From the NCBI RefSeq assembly GCF_963921235.1, contig NC_086097.1:248994001-249058000 (forward strand): DNA of 64,000 bases. The letters run 5' to 3'. Shown here piece after piece: positions 24,887 to 37,932 of the stretch. This DNA is from Mobula hypostoma (lineage: Eukaryota). The notes under the pieces are model-generated. The model made no database searches, was not told the origin of the DNA, and saw only the letters and a program-made list of their open reading frames with translations. The position numbers were made by a program, and so were the translations under genes. Numbering within the stretch: position 1 is the stretch's first letter; each line of letters opens with the position of its first letter.

Positions 24887-25958
24887 GTAAGTCATGAAAA
24901 CACAGTGAGGTGAATGAGTGTGTAGTCCCAAACTGGTCTCCACAGTGAATTTTTATCAGAAAGTAAAGGCAATTTTCCCATACCATTCAAATATTTCATC
25001 ATGTTTATATGCGTTGCTGACCTACATAAACCTTCTTCATGATAAATCTAATTCATCTTCTTAGCCCGTCTATAATCCTCCATTTTTTGTTCACCCATGT
25101 CCTATCTAAGTTTTTTTTAAATGTCTGCCTCTACCAGCAACCCTGGCAGCGCGTCTCTCATCTCTGTGTAAGAGACCTACTTCGACATCCCTCCATACTG
25201 AGTTTACACACTTCTCTGATACTGGCCAAAGCCACCCTGAGAAAAAGATGATGATTGTCTACCCCATGTATGCCTCTTATACACCACTATCAGGTGACTC
25301 TCGTTCTCCGACACCTCAAAGAGAAAAGTCCAAGCTCACTCAACCTATCCTCATAAGATATACTCTCTAATCCGGGCAGCATCCTGGTAAATCTCCTCTA
25401 CACCCTCTGGAAAGCTTCTACATTTTTCTTCGCAAGTCAAGTTTATTGTCGTTTAACTATATAGGAGTAGACCGCCAAATGAGATGAACCAGCATGCAAA
25501 GCACAGTTGTACAGATAACACACATAATAACTTAGGAAAGTAAGTATTAAATCTACAAATGAGTTCTGCATAAATAAACAAAGTAAAGTGCATAAATTGA
25601 ATAGAGTACAGAACAAATTAACCGGTGACACACCGAATGTGATGCACCAGGAATGTCAGACACCTAATGGCCTGAGGGATGAAGCTGTTTCCCATCCTGA
25701 CTGTTCTTGTCTTTATGCATCATGGTCTCCTGCCTGATGGTAGGATGTCAAAGAGGATGTTGGATGGATGGGTGGGATCCTTGATAATACCAAGGGCCCT
25801 GCATACGCATTTGTAGGGACTTCCAGTCCGATGACCAGAATTGGGCACAATACTCCAAGTGTGGTCTAACCAGACCAGAAGTACAACATGACCTCTCAGC
25901 TCCTGAACTCAATCCCCCAACTAATGAAGGCCAGCACACCATACGCCATCTTAACTAG

Positions 25959-26347
25959 GATAATCAAGGACACGACCCACCCAGCCAACAGACTTTTCGT
26001 CCCTCTTCCCTCCGGGAGAAGGCTCAGGAGCTTGAAGACTCGTATGGCCAGATTTGGGAACAGCTTCTTTCCAACTGTGATAAGACTGCTGAACGGATCC
26101 TGACCCGGATCTGGGTCGTACCCTCCAAATATCCGGACCTGTCTCTTGGTTTATTTGCACTACCTTACTTTCCATTTTTCTATTTTCTATTTATGATTTA
26201 TAATTTAATTTTTTAAAATTTACTAATTTTAACTATTTTAAATATTTAATACTTGTAATCCAGGGAGTGTGAAGCGCAGAATCAAATATCGCTGTGATGA
26301 TTGTACGTTCTAGTACCAACTGTTTGGTGACAATAAAGTATAAAGTA
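25959..26347 (+). mobile_element. Young Rex1/Babar 3' end
   Basis: RIIKDTTHPANRLFVPLPSGRRLRS...FFPTVIRLLN; (TAAAGTA)n tail; TSD TAACTA. Confidence 0.8.
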
Positions 26348-26467
26348 TAACTAATCAAGAATGTGAGGCCCTCTGCTAATGCTTTTGGGCCTTTTCTAGT
26401 ATTTTTGGATTAAATGGGACCTCTCTGTTTTCCACAAGAAAAATCAATAAAATGTACTTGTTTGCAG

Positions 26468-26512
26468 GGTGATCAAGGTCCAATTGGCAAGCCAGGACTA
26501 CCGGGAGCAAAG
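26468..26512 (+). CDS. COL15A1: Multiplexin collagen exon, 45 nt, GDQGPIGKPGLPGAK
   Basis: Acceptor cttgtttgcag, donor AAG|gtaaat. Confidence 0.92.
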
Positions 26513-26932
26513 GTAAATTGTAGACCTTTAAAGGTCGGATTGACTGCACTTCACTTGCTCGGCTGAGAGGCATTATTGTAAAACTGTATAGCTTGCGATC
26601 CTCCGCTGGGGTAGATCCTCAGGATCAGTACTGTGTACCGTGGTCTTATGGTATCCAAGGTGCCTGGCGGGACCAATGTGGGAACTGCAGACTAATCCAT
26701 GGATGGGGCCAGAGGTGACTGAAGGGAAAGCTGAGCGGTTGGTTTGTGAGATAGATGCACTCTTTCTGTTGCTCACCCAGGGCTTTGGGGTGCCCCAGAC
26801 CCAAGGTCCTCAAGGCCATCCTGAAAACTCGTAGTCCTCCTCATTCAGCCGACTTGGGATTGGAGTCAGTAGTGATGCTGCCTTTCTTCAAGAAGTCTTC
26901 AAGCACATCCATTAACCTTCTCATCTGTCGGC

Positions 26933-27220
26933 TTAGTAACGGCATGGTAGCACAACGCTTTACAGTACTGGCAACCCACGTTCATTACCCACCGCTGTCT
27001 GAAAGGAGTTTGTACATTCTTCCCATGGCCATGTAGTTTTCCTCTGGGTGTTCCGGTTTCCTCCCACAGTCCAAAGATGTACCGGCTGGTAGGTTAATTG
27101 GTCATTGTAAACTGTCCTGTGGTTAGGCTAGGGTTACATCAGAGGATTGCTGGGTGACACGGCTCTAAGGGCTGGAATGGCCTGTTCCCTGCTGTATCTC
27201 AATCAATCAGTCAATAAGTA
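26933..27220 (+). mobile_element. V-SINE (HE1-like) with CR1-derived tail
   Basis: V-domain ccggtttcctcccacagtccaaagatgtac; 3' end ggcctgttccctgctgtatctc; other copies near 8897-9245, 42655-42825 and 49890-50050. Confidence 0.75.
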
Positions 27221-27299
27221 AATGTTTTCCCAAGAGAGGTCTCAAAACAGCTGGCTGTGCTCATTGGAGGCTGTCAATTAGAATCCGGTCAATAGTTCA

Positions 27300-29770
27300 A
27301 TGCTACATAATATAGAAGAGAAAAAATAATAATAATAATAATAAATAAGTAAATCAATTACGTATATTGAATAGATTAAAAATCATGCAAAAACAGAAAT
27401 ACTGTATACTAAAACAAAAGTGAGGTAGTGTCTAAGGGTTCAGTGTCCATTTAGAAATCGGACGGCAGAGGGGAAGAAGCTGTTCCTGAATTGCTGAGTG
27501 TGTGCCTTCAGGCTTCTGTACCTCCTACCTGATGGTAACAGTGAGAAAAGGGCATGCCCTGGGTGCTGGAGGTCCTTAATAAAGGATGCTGCCTTTCTGA
27601 GACACCGCTCCCTGGGTACTTTGTAGGCTAGTACCCAAGATGGAGCTGACTAGATTTACAACCTTCTGCAGCTTCTTTCAGACCTGTGCAGTAGCCCCTC
27701 CATACCACACAGTGATGCAGCCTGTCAGAATGCTCTCCACGGTACACCTATAGAAGTTTTTGAGTGTATTTGCTGACATATCAAATCTCTTCAACCTCCT
27801 AACGAAGTATAGTCGCTGTCTTGCCTTCTTTATGACTGCATCGATATGCTGGGACCAGGTCAGATCCTCAGAGATCTTGACGCCCAGGAACGCTCCAGTT
27901 CTGATCCCTCTGTGAGGATTGGTATGTGTTCCTCCTTCTTACCCTTCCTGAAGTCCACAATCAGCTCTTTCGTCTTACTGACGTTGAGTGCCAGGTTGTT
28001 GCTGCAGCACCACTCCACTAGTTGGCATATCTCACTCCTGTACACCCTCTGATTCTGATATAAGTCTCTATTGTGGACTGAGAGTGGGAAGGGGGCAGGG
28101 AGAGGGGAATCATGGTTGGGAAAAGGAGAAGGAAGAGGAGAGGGAGCAGGAAGCACCAAAGAGACATTCTTTAGTGATCAATAAACCAATTGCTTGAAAT
28201 CAAATAACCTTCCCTGGTGACTCAGGGCTGGGAAGGTCTGCACCCCCACCACTCCACCCACCTGGCACACCTTCTCTGCCACGGTCTTCCCCCTCGCCAT
28301 TCCCAACATCCTTTGCTCACACCAGATTTATAAACTCATTCTCTGCTCCACAATGACAAATACAGTACTGTGAAAAAATCTTACCCACCCTAACTCTTTA
28401 TAGAGGCATGTTGCCAAGATTTTTTGCGCGATACTGTGTGTCAAGAAAATTGTTGTTTCATAGCAGCAGTACAGCTCAAGACAAAAAGTACTGTAAGAAA
28501 CAATAAAAATAAATAAATCGTGCAAGAAAGGAATTGTGAGGTGGTGTTCATGAATTCATTGTCCGTTCAGAAATCTGATCACAGAGGACAAAAAGTTGTT
28601 CCTAAAAGATTGAGAGGTCTTCAGGCTCCTGTACCTCCTCCCTGATGGTAGCAATGAGAAGAGGGCATGTGTCAGATGGTGAAGGTCTTTAATGATGGAT
28701 GCCACCTCTCTGAGGTACTGCCTCGTGAAGATGTCCTTGTTGGTGGGAAGGCTTGTGCCTATGAAAGAGTCTACAAACCTCTGCAGCCTCTTGCAGTCCT
28801 GTGTATTTCAGAAGGTGATGCAGCCTGTCAGAATGCTCTCCACCATATATCTGTAGCTATTTGCCTGAAGCTTTGGTAACATACCAATGTCCTCAAACTC
28901 CTAATGAAGTGCACCTTCTGTTGTGCCTTCATCATAATTGCGTCAACACGTTGTACCCAGGATAGATCCTGTGAGGTGCTGACACCCAGGAACTTGAAAC
29001 AGCTTACTCTTTCCACTACTCACCCCTCAATGAGGAGTGGAATGTGTTCCCTGACTACCCCTTCCGGAAGTCCACAATCAGCTCCTTGGTCTTACTGATG
29101 TTGTTGCAACACCTCTCAACCAGCCAATCTATCTCCTTCCCATATGCCTCCTGGTCAGCATCTGGGATTCTGCCAACAACGGTGAGTCCTGTCTAAGTTC
29201 GGGTAGTTGGGACTGTTGGGCGCTAGTGAAATGCTTGGGCTTACCCCGTCAAGGAGCTATTATTGACCTCAGGAGAATGAAACCAGTTCTCATCAGAGGA
29301 TCAGAAGAGGAGAGGGTCAACAACTTTAAGTTCCTTGGTGTTATTTTGTAGGACCTGTCCTGGGCCCAGCAGGTAAGTGCAATTAGAAAGAAAGCATGAC
29401 AGCTCCTCTACGTTTTTAGGAGTTTGCAAAAATACAGCATGGCATCTAAAACTTTGACAAACTTCGAGTAGTTGGAAGTATATTGAGTGGCTAAATCACA
29501 GCCTGTTATGGAAACACCAATGCCCTTGAACAAAAGATCTACAAAAAGTAGTGGATATGTCCCAGTTCATCATGGGTAAAGCTCTCCCTAGCATTGAGAA
29601 CATCTACACGGAGCATTGTCGCAGGAAAGCAGCATCCATCATCAGGGACCCCCACCACCCAGGTCATGCTCTCTTCTCGCTGCTGCCATCTAGAAGAAGG
29701 TACAGGAGTGTCAGGGCCAGCACCACCAGGTTCAGAAGCAGATAATAAACTTACTTCGAACTTTGAACTT
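27300..29770. mobile_element. Cluster of Rex1/Babar fragments (27300-28050 -, 28430-29180 -, 29260-29770 +)
   Basis: ORFs 27860..28159, 28828..29016 and 29551..29745 with LNVSKTKELIVDFRK and HHPGHALFSLLPS motifs. Confidence 0.75.
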
Positions 29771-29941
29771 TAACTTATACAACAACCCAGGATTCTGCAA
29801 CATTACTTTTTTCTTGATGCTAAACCACAAATTACCACTTTACCGATTCTTGTCCACAAAGATCTGCTTCTTAATTGCATCTTAAGACCAATATCAGTGG
29901 CTTACATTGTGTTTATTTACAGACTGGAGACTTGTGTGATT

Positions 29942-30665
29942 TAGAACATAGAACATAGAATAGTACAGCACAGTACAGGCCCTTCGGCCCACAATGTTGG
30001 GCCGACCCTCAAACCCTGCCTCCCATATAACCCCCACCTTAAATTCCTCCATATACCTGTCTAGTAGTCTCTTAAACTTCACTAGTGTATCTGCCTCCAC
30101 CACTGACTCAGGCAGTGCATTCCACGCACCAACCATTCTCTGAGTAAAAAACCTTCCTCTAATATCCCCGTTGAACTTCCCACCCCTTACCTTAAAGCCA
30201 TGTCCTCTTGTATTGAGCAGTGGTGCCCTGGGGAAGAGGCGCTGGCTATCTACTCTATCTATTCCTCTTATTATCTTGTACACCTCTATCATGTCTCCTC
30301 TCATCCTCCTTCTCTCCAAAGAGTAAAGCCCTAGCTCCCTTAATCTCTGATCATAATGCACACTTTCTAAACCAGGCAGCATCCTGGTAAATCTCCTCTG
30401 TACCCTTTCCAATGCTTCCACATCCTTCCTTTAGTGAGGTGATCAGAACTGGACACAGAACTCCAAGTGTGGCCTAACCAGAGTTTTATAGAGCTGCATC
30501 ATTACATCGCGACTCTTAAACTCTATCCCTCGACTTATGAAAGCTAACATCCTATAAGCTTTCTTAACTAACCTATCCACCTGTGAGGCAACTTTCAGGG
30601 ATCTGTGGACACGTACCCCAAGATCCCTCTGCTCCTCCACACTACCAAGTATCCTGCCATTTACT
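29942..30665 (-). mobile_element. Young CR1 subfamily C 3' fragment
   Basis: ORFs 29894..30421 and 30443..30640 near-identical to 7762-8873; TSD-like TTTAGA. Confidence 0.9.
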
Positions 30666-31302
30666 TTTTAGACAATGAAACCATAAGACATAGGAGCAGA
30701 ATTAAGCCATTCAGCCCATCGTGTCTATTCCACCATCCCATCATGTCTGATTTATTATCCTTCTCAACCTCAATCTCCCAGTAACCTTTGACACCACTTA
30801 CTAATTTTGAACTATCAATGTCCAATTTAAACGTACCCAATGACTTGGCCTCCGCAGCCGTCTGTGGCAATAAGTTCCTCAGGTTCACCACCCTCTACCT
30901 AAAGGAATTCCTTCTCATCTCATTTCTCTACACAGTTCTCTACACAGGGAATAAAACAGTGCAAATAGACCACCATTCGTCTCTCATCATTCTTGCAATA
31001 ACATAGCATTGAATTTCCCAGACGCGGTTTGTTAGCAAGGCAAGTTTTTATTAAGTGTCCCAAATTGCTCTTCTGAAAGTCATAGTGAACCACAATGTGT
31101 CACAGAGGTAGTCAAATCCACTGTTACTGGGGTTCTTCTCCTCTCGGCCAGTGTCCCAGACATACAACCCTTCAGCAATAAATAGGACTGAAATCCACAT
31201 GCGACGTTGAAATTACACACGTAGAAGCTTCTTGCTCATTCTGGACAGTTGTATGAACGGATCAGCAAAGCCAAAGTCAATTTATTATCAATGTACGTAT
31301 AT

Positions 31303-31584
31303 TATCAGTGCTGATCACCCCATCCTTGACCAAGCTGTTCCACCGTGAACACGATCTGTTACGAGTCAACATGACGCTTTCAGATCAGGTCATGCCCAGC
31401 ACGTACCTCCGCCGCACGGCTCGGGTGTGTTTCTGGGGTACAGGGGCTAGCGACCCTCGTGCCTGTTCTCTGAGCAGCAGTGAACCATCTGACTGGCCTA
31501 TCAGAGTTCTCTTTGGGAACTAGTTGACTTGATCAGCATTTCTGATCTGGCTATTGTTCACGATTGCACTTAATAAAAAAAAAA
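31303..31584 (+). other. Unidentified polyadenylated insert (retrocopy-like)
   Basis: Interrupts a common repeat end (gtacgtatat|atgtcagcatatacaacc), ends AATAAA/A10, CpG-rich, single copy in the window. Confidence 0.55.
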
Positions 31585-31759
31585 TGTCAGCATATACAAC
31601 CCAGAGATTTATTTTCTTGTGGGCATTTACACAAAAATAAGGAGATACAACAGAACTTATTAAAAACTATACATAAACAAAGACAGATAAACAACTAATG
31701 TGCAAAAGAAGATAAATTGGGCCAATAAAAAATAAATAAATAATACTGAAAACATAAGC

Positions 31760-32540
31760 CCGTACGATATAGGAGCAGAATTAGGCCATTTGGACCATTA
31801 AGTCTGCTTCGCCATTTCTTCGTGGCTGATCCAATTTTTCTCTCAGCTGCAATCTTCTGCCTTCTCCCCACATGCCTTCATGCTCTGACCAATTAAAAAT
31901 CAACCTTTGCCTTAAATATACATAAAGACTTGGTCTCCACAGCTGCCTGTGGCAAAGAATTCCACAGACTCACCACTCTCTGGCTGAAGAAATTCCTCCT
32001 TATCCCCATTCTAAAAGGGTGCCCCTCTATTCTGAGTCTGTGTCCTCTGGTCTTCAACTCTACCACCATAAGGAATATCCTCTCCACATCCAGTCTATCA
32101 AGGCCTTTCACCATTCGGTAGGTATCAATGAGGTCACCCCTCATTCTTCTGAATTCCAGTGAATACAGGCCCAGAGCCATGAATGCTCCTCATATGACAA
32201 GCCATTCAATCCTGGAATCATTTTTGTGAACCTCCTTTGAACAATCTCCAGTTTCAGCACATCCTTTCTAAGATAAGGCACCCCAACCTGCTCACAATAC
32301 TCCAACCAGTGCATTATAGCCACAGTTCTGACATCTTTCCTTTAGAATACTTCTTCCTCTTTGGGATATATATATCCTGTGCCTCTCGAATTGCTTCCAG
32401 AAATTCCAGCCATTGCTGCTCTGCCATCATCCCTGCCAGTGTTCTTTTCCAATCAATGTTGGCCAACTCCTCTGTCAAGTCTCTGTAATTCCCTTTTTTC
32501 CACTGTAATATTGATACATCTGACTTTAGCTTCTCCTTTA
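31760..32540 (-). mobile_element. CR1 fragments (3' end plus an upstream ORF2 piece)
   Basis: ORFs 31893..32180, 32141..32323 and 32314..32583. Confidence 0.8.
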
Positions 32541-33475
32541 TGTTGGTGCTAAGTTCATAAATATATCCATAGACACAAGACATTCCTCAGATACTGGAAA
32601 CCTTCAGCAACACGCAACAAAACGCCAGGGGAACTTAACAGGTCAGGCAGCTCTATAGAGGGGAATAAACAGTCAACGTTTTGGCTGGGACACCTTCATC
32701 AGGCCTAGGACTTCGAAAGTCATACATAAATGGAAGATTTCTAAACTAATCTCAGTTACAGTAGGTGTTTTTCTGTAATCGAGTGTCCGCACTGTAACTC
32801 TCACCAGCACAGCAGATCATAAAAGTGGGGCAGGTTTGGTGGGCTGAATAGCCTAATTCTGCACCTACATCTTCTGTATTATAAAAGATCACAAAAACGG
32901 GTTGAGACTGCAGGACCTGGGTGAGAAAGGTGAATGTGGGTTTCATTTCTGCCCTTTCATAATGGGGCAGACACAAAGAGTACTGAGGCAGACCCACTTT
33001 AGTTTCTATAAGTTTCAGTGCTCCCCTCCCTTCCAGACATGCTACCTGACTTGCTGGCTAACATAAATATTGATTCCATAAATTGTTATGTTGTTATCCA
33101 TAAATATTCATTCATTCATCACCATTACATGCCATGTCCTGTGACGTAGGCAATCATGGTCTCATGGCCATGATTGTTCTTGACAAACTTTTCTACTGAA
33201 GTGGATTGCCATTGCCGCCTTCTGGGCGGTGTCTTTACAAGATGGATTACCCCAGCCGTTATCAATACCCTTCAGAGATTGTCATCCTGACGTCAGTGGT
33301 CACATAAATAGGACTTGTGATTTGCACCGGCTGTTCATACAACCATCCAACACCTGCTGCCATGGCTTCACATGACTCTGATTGGGGGGGGGGGGTCACA
33401 AGTCACCGCAAAGTCACCCAACGATAAATGTTATGACAGCTCTCTTTAAACTCTGTAATGTTGTTCTTTTTTCAG

Positions 33476-33592
33476 GGAGAGGTCGGAGAGAGCGGTTTGC
33501 CAGGACCTCCAGGATTCCCAGGGCTGCTTGGTCCGCCTGGACCTCCAGGACCTCCTGGGCCAGCCGGTGGTGGTCCTGACTTTGGATTTGAG
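33476..33592 (+). CDS. COL15A1: Multiplexin collagen exon, 117 nt, GEVGESGLPGPPGFPGLLGPPGPPGPPGPAGGGPDFGFE
   Basis: Acceptor ttcttttttcag, donor GAG|gtaact. Confidence 0.93.
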
Positions 33593-34335
33593 GTAACTTC
33601 TCCCATAGCAATGATGAATTTTGGAGAACAATGAGACAGGTGACTATTTCATAAAACAGAACTTGTGGATTAGAACTGAATGTAGACGACTAAAGGCCGC
33701 TCGCCATGAGAAATGTTTAATCAAGCTGAGGAATTTGGCAAAGCCAGATCATCTCTTGCAATGGTTTACTAATCAACCAATAAGTAAGAAGGAAAAATTA
33801 ATGTACGGATGGAGGTTGAGATACCATGAAGAGCACTGTTATTCCTAATTCCTAATGTATGTACAAGGAGAATAAAGTGATGCTTGATCCTTTGGATTCA
33901 CAGAAGTTGCATGGATTGAGAGGTGTTAATGCAAGGTGCTCAGACCAGCATGTGAAGACCATAGGGAAAGAGGTGTGAGGATTGCTAGTGTCAGGGCAGG
34001 CTGAGGATTCAGCTGGAGACAGTGCATAACTACAATCAGTTGGATTGCATATGCCTGTGTAGATCACTAAAGGCAAACAGCCACACTCACAGAACATAAT
34101 CTGCAATTAGTACTATTATTGGTATTGGTTTCTTATTGTCCCTTACACCAAGATAGAGTGTGAAGCTGATCTTACAGTTTGCACATACTATTCGTACAGA
34201 TGTAGTTCAGGCTCAAGTTTATCGTCATCTGACTGTGCACATATACAACCAAACAAAACAATGTTCCTCCAGACCACAGTGCACCCACACAACAAATCAA
34301 ATATCACGTATATCAAGGATCAAGAATCAACTTTA

Positions 34336-34477
34336 CGCACAACACGCTGGAGGAACTCAGCAGGTTGGACAGCATCCGTGGAAACGAACAGTCAATGTTT
34401 CGGGTGAAACCCTGAAGTTCCTCCAGCATGTTGTACGTGTTGCTTTGACCCCAGCATCTGCAGAGTGTCTTGTGTTT
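34336..34477. mobile_element. 142-bp inverted PLE-derived mini-element with 14-bp TSD
   Basis: AAGAATCAACTTTA at 34322-34335 and 34478-34491; arms gctggaggaact / agttcctccagc. Confidence 0.8.
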
Positions 34478-34584
34478 AAGAATCAACTTTATTCACCATT
34501 TACATATATTTGGAATTTTCTGTGGTGTGTTGGTCAGGACGTGACTGCAACAAAAAAAACATTCAATAATTATAAAGAATGAAG

Positions 34585-34972
34585 AATTATAGGGTTGTCG
34601 TGGTGGGAGATTTTAATTTCCCAAATATCGATTGGCATGTTCTTAGAGCAAGGGGTTTAGTTGGGGTGCAGTTTGTTAGGTGTGTTCAGGAAGGTTTCCT
34701 GACACAATATGTAGATAAGCCTACAAGAGGAGAGACTGTACTTGATCTGGTATTGGGAAAGGAACCTGGTCAGGTGTCGGGTCTCTCAGTGAGAGAGCAT
34801 TTTGGAGATAGTGATCACAATTCTATCTCCTTTACCATAGCATTGGAGAGGGATAGGAACAGACAAGTTAGAAAAGCGTTTAATTGGAGTAAGGGGAAAT
34901 ATGAAGCTATCAGACAGGAACTTGGAAGCATAAATTGGGAACAGATGTTCTCAGGGAAACGTACAGCAGAAT
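34585..34972 (+). mobile_element. CR1 subfamily B endonuclease fragment
   Basis: ORF 34579..34992 (VGDFNFPNIDW, GDSDHNSISF) matches 19541..19939. Confidence 0.85.
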
Positions 34973-37112
34973 TGTGTCATGGGCTGGGTTGATCATACCC
35001 AAAAGACCCAACCAATTTGAGTGTCCAGGAAATGTGGTAATAGGCATACAAGCACAACCAAGTAACTTGAGCCTAATTTATTATCATAAAACACAAATAA
35101 TCCACAGAAAATACTATGCGGTAAGTTACAAAGATTTCCATAATGATTTCAGGGCTCACGATTCAGAGTCTGCACTTGATAGTCGCTATCATCGAGGGAC
35201 TTGATTGTCACTGTTGTCGGGGGATCTCCAAATTCCGACCCTGGGTCTGTCCTAGTCACCGATGATCATGATCCCCCGGTCTAGGTGAAGTCCCAAGGAC
35301 TGAGAGAAATGTGCCTCAGTAAATAGGGGTTCAATGCACAAACACAGCGAGACACATAAAGGCAGAAAAACTATTCGGTCTTTTGTTCTCATGCCACTGT
35401 GCCTGAGGCCAAGAAAGAATCCAGCCACTTATTAGCAAACATTTGACAAACCTATGGTGTTTAGCTTGTACAGACTCCTGACATGCTGTGAGCTCGCAAA
35501 GAGCTGAAGTGTCACTTGGAGTTGTTCAGACATTCATCCAATATTTTTACAAAATTTAATATTACAATGTAGAAATGACAGTTAGCATGCATTACTCCAG
35601 GATTAAATGGGACCAATCTAGAACTAGTACACTGTAAGTGGACCGAAGGACATTTTTTTGTGCTGTACCTCTCTGTTGACACTATGATGAGTGGAATAGC
35701 GATTTGACAATAATAGTGATCTTACAATCTCTCCTTTCCATACTTGCTCGTTTCCTTGGTCTTCCAATCTATAAGTAGAGCCCCTTACCACTGCCAGCTC
35801 CTCTCTTCCCACCACTAATGAAAACCATGATCAGGTTCATCACATCATTGGTATTCCAGGAGAGTTCCTACTTCTGAGAAGGAAATGGATAGACAGAGTC
35901 AGGCCGAATTGATTGGAAAAGTGGCAGGTCAGTCACGTCTGCAGAATCTTGTTCTGAGACGGAATTTTATAGAGTAATGACTGATTCCAAAGTCTCGAGC
36001 ACACCATCCACCATCTGCTATTAACACTGATGTTCAAGTTGCCGTGCTGTAGGAGCAGCGGAGGCCAAGGAGAGATCAGACAGAGGTTCTTAACATTATG
36101 AAAGGCATAGACAGAGTAGACAGGCAGGATATTTTCCCAGGGTTGAAATGTCTAATACCAGAGGGCACACGGCAAGGGTACACTGTAAGTTCAAAGCAGA
36201 TGTGAGGGGCAAGTTTTTCCCAGGATTGCTGAAATGTGCTGCCTGGGGTGATGGTAGAGGGATATCTGGGGTAATGTTTGCTAGAGAGTTCCAGATACGC
36301 ACATGATGTAATGCCGAGGTTTGAAAAGCACCGGTAAGGCCTCACTTGGAGTATCATGGGCAGTTTTGGTCCCTTATCTAAGAAAGTCATTGGAGGGGAT
36401 TCAAAGGAGGTTCATGAAAATGATTCCAGGATTGAAAGGCTTGTCATATGAGAAACATTTGATGTCTCTGGACCTCTACTTACTGGAATTCAGAAGAATG
36501 AGGGGTGACCTCATTGAATGTTGAAAGACCTCGATAGAGTGGATGTGGAGAGGTGGAGGAGTATAAAACCAGAGGGCACCACCTTAGAATAGAGGGGTGT
36601 CCTTATAGAACAGAGACGAAGAGGAATTTCTCTAGCCATAGAACAGTGAATCTGTGGAATTCATTGCCATAGGCAGCTGTCATTGAGTATATTTAAGACA
36701 GAGGTTGATAGATTCTTGATCAGTCGGGTCATGAAGGGATATAGGGACAAGGCAGAAAATTGGGACTGAGAGGGAAAATGGATCGACCATGATGAAATGG
36801 TGAAGCAGACTCAATGGGCCAAATGGCCGAATTCTGCTCCTATATCTTACAGTCTTATGAATGTGAGGAAAATGGAAGGATATGGACATTGTATAGACGG
36901 AAAGTTAGATATACATTACTAGTTAAATGTGGGGCAAATGGCCTGTTCCTGTGCTGTACTGTTGTATGTTTTGTGTTCTATGACATGTCGGTGAAGGCTA
37001 CATCTACCCTTGGATACCAACTACCAGTCCAGATACAGCCCACTTTTAGCCATTGGGAGGCTGGAACGTCGTCATTTCAGAGTGAGAATAGGAATCTAAT
37101 TTATTATCTCCG

Positions 37113-37932
37113 ACACACACTCAGTTTTATTTTGTACACCTGTACACCTGCTTGTAATGCCAATATCCAATCAGCCAATCATGTGACAGCAACACAATGC
37201 ATTAAGGCATGCAGACATGGTCAAGAGGTTCAGTTGTTGTTCAGTCCAAACATCAGAATGGGGAAGAAATGGGATCGATGTGACTTTGACCATGGAATGA
37301 TTGTTGGTGTCAGACAGGTTGGTTTGAGTATCTCAGAAACTGCTGACCTCCTGGGATTTTCACGCAAAACAGTCTCTAGAGTTTGCAGAGAATGGTGTAA
37401 AACCAAAAAATAAAATGTAGTGACATCTGTGGGTGAAAACGCCATGTTAATGAGAGAGGTCAGGGGAGAATGGCCAGACTGGTTCAAGCTGACAGAAACG
37501 CGACAGTAACTCAAATAACCACACGTTACAACAGTAAAATTCGATCTAAATGGCTTTGACTGTGGGTTGGTGCCAGATGGGGTGGTTTGAGTATCTCAGA
37601 AACCGCTGACCTCCTGGGATTTTCAGGCACAACAGTGTCTAGAGTTTACAGAGAATGGTGCAAAAAACAAAAAAATCCAGTGAGTGGCAGTTCTGTGGGT
37701 GAAAATGGCTTGTTCATGAAAAGGTTGAGAGGAGAGTGGCCAGACTGGTTCAAGCTGACAGGAAGGCGACAGCAACTCAAATAACCTCACGTTACAACAG
37801 TGGTACGCAAAAGAGCATCTCTGAAGCAAACCCTGAGGTAGATGGGTTGCAGCAGGTTCCACACTGGGTTCCATTTCTGTGGCCACTTTATTAGGTACAC
37901 CCCAGCACTTCATAAATTGGCCTCAGAGTGTG
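37113..37932 (+). mobile_element. Tc1-like non-autonomous element with internally duplicated HTH region
   Basis: MGKK..DFDHGMIVG..GLSISETADLLGFS..TVSRV.REW appears twice; TIR-like cactcagt.. and gtggccactttattaggtacac. Confidence 0.8.

Noticed and set aside
34973..35900. Possible LTR or other element starting TGTCATGGG
   Set aside because: I could not define a matching end, TSD or coding motif.
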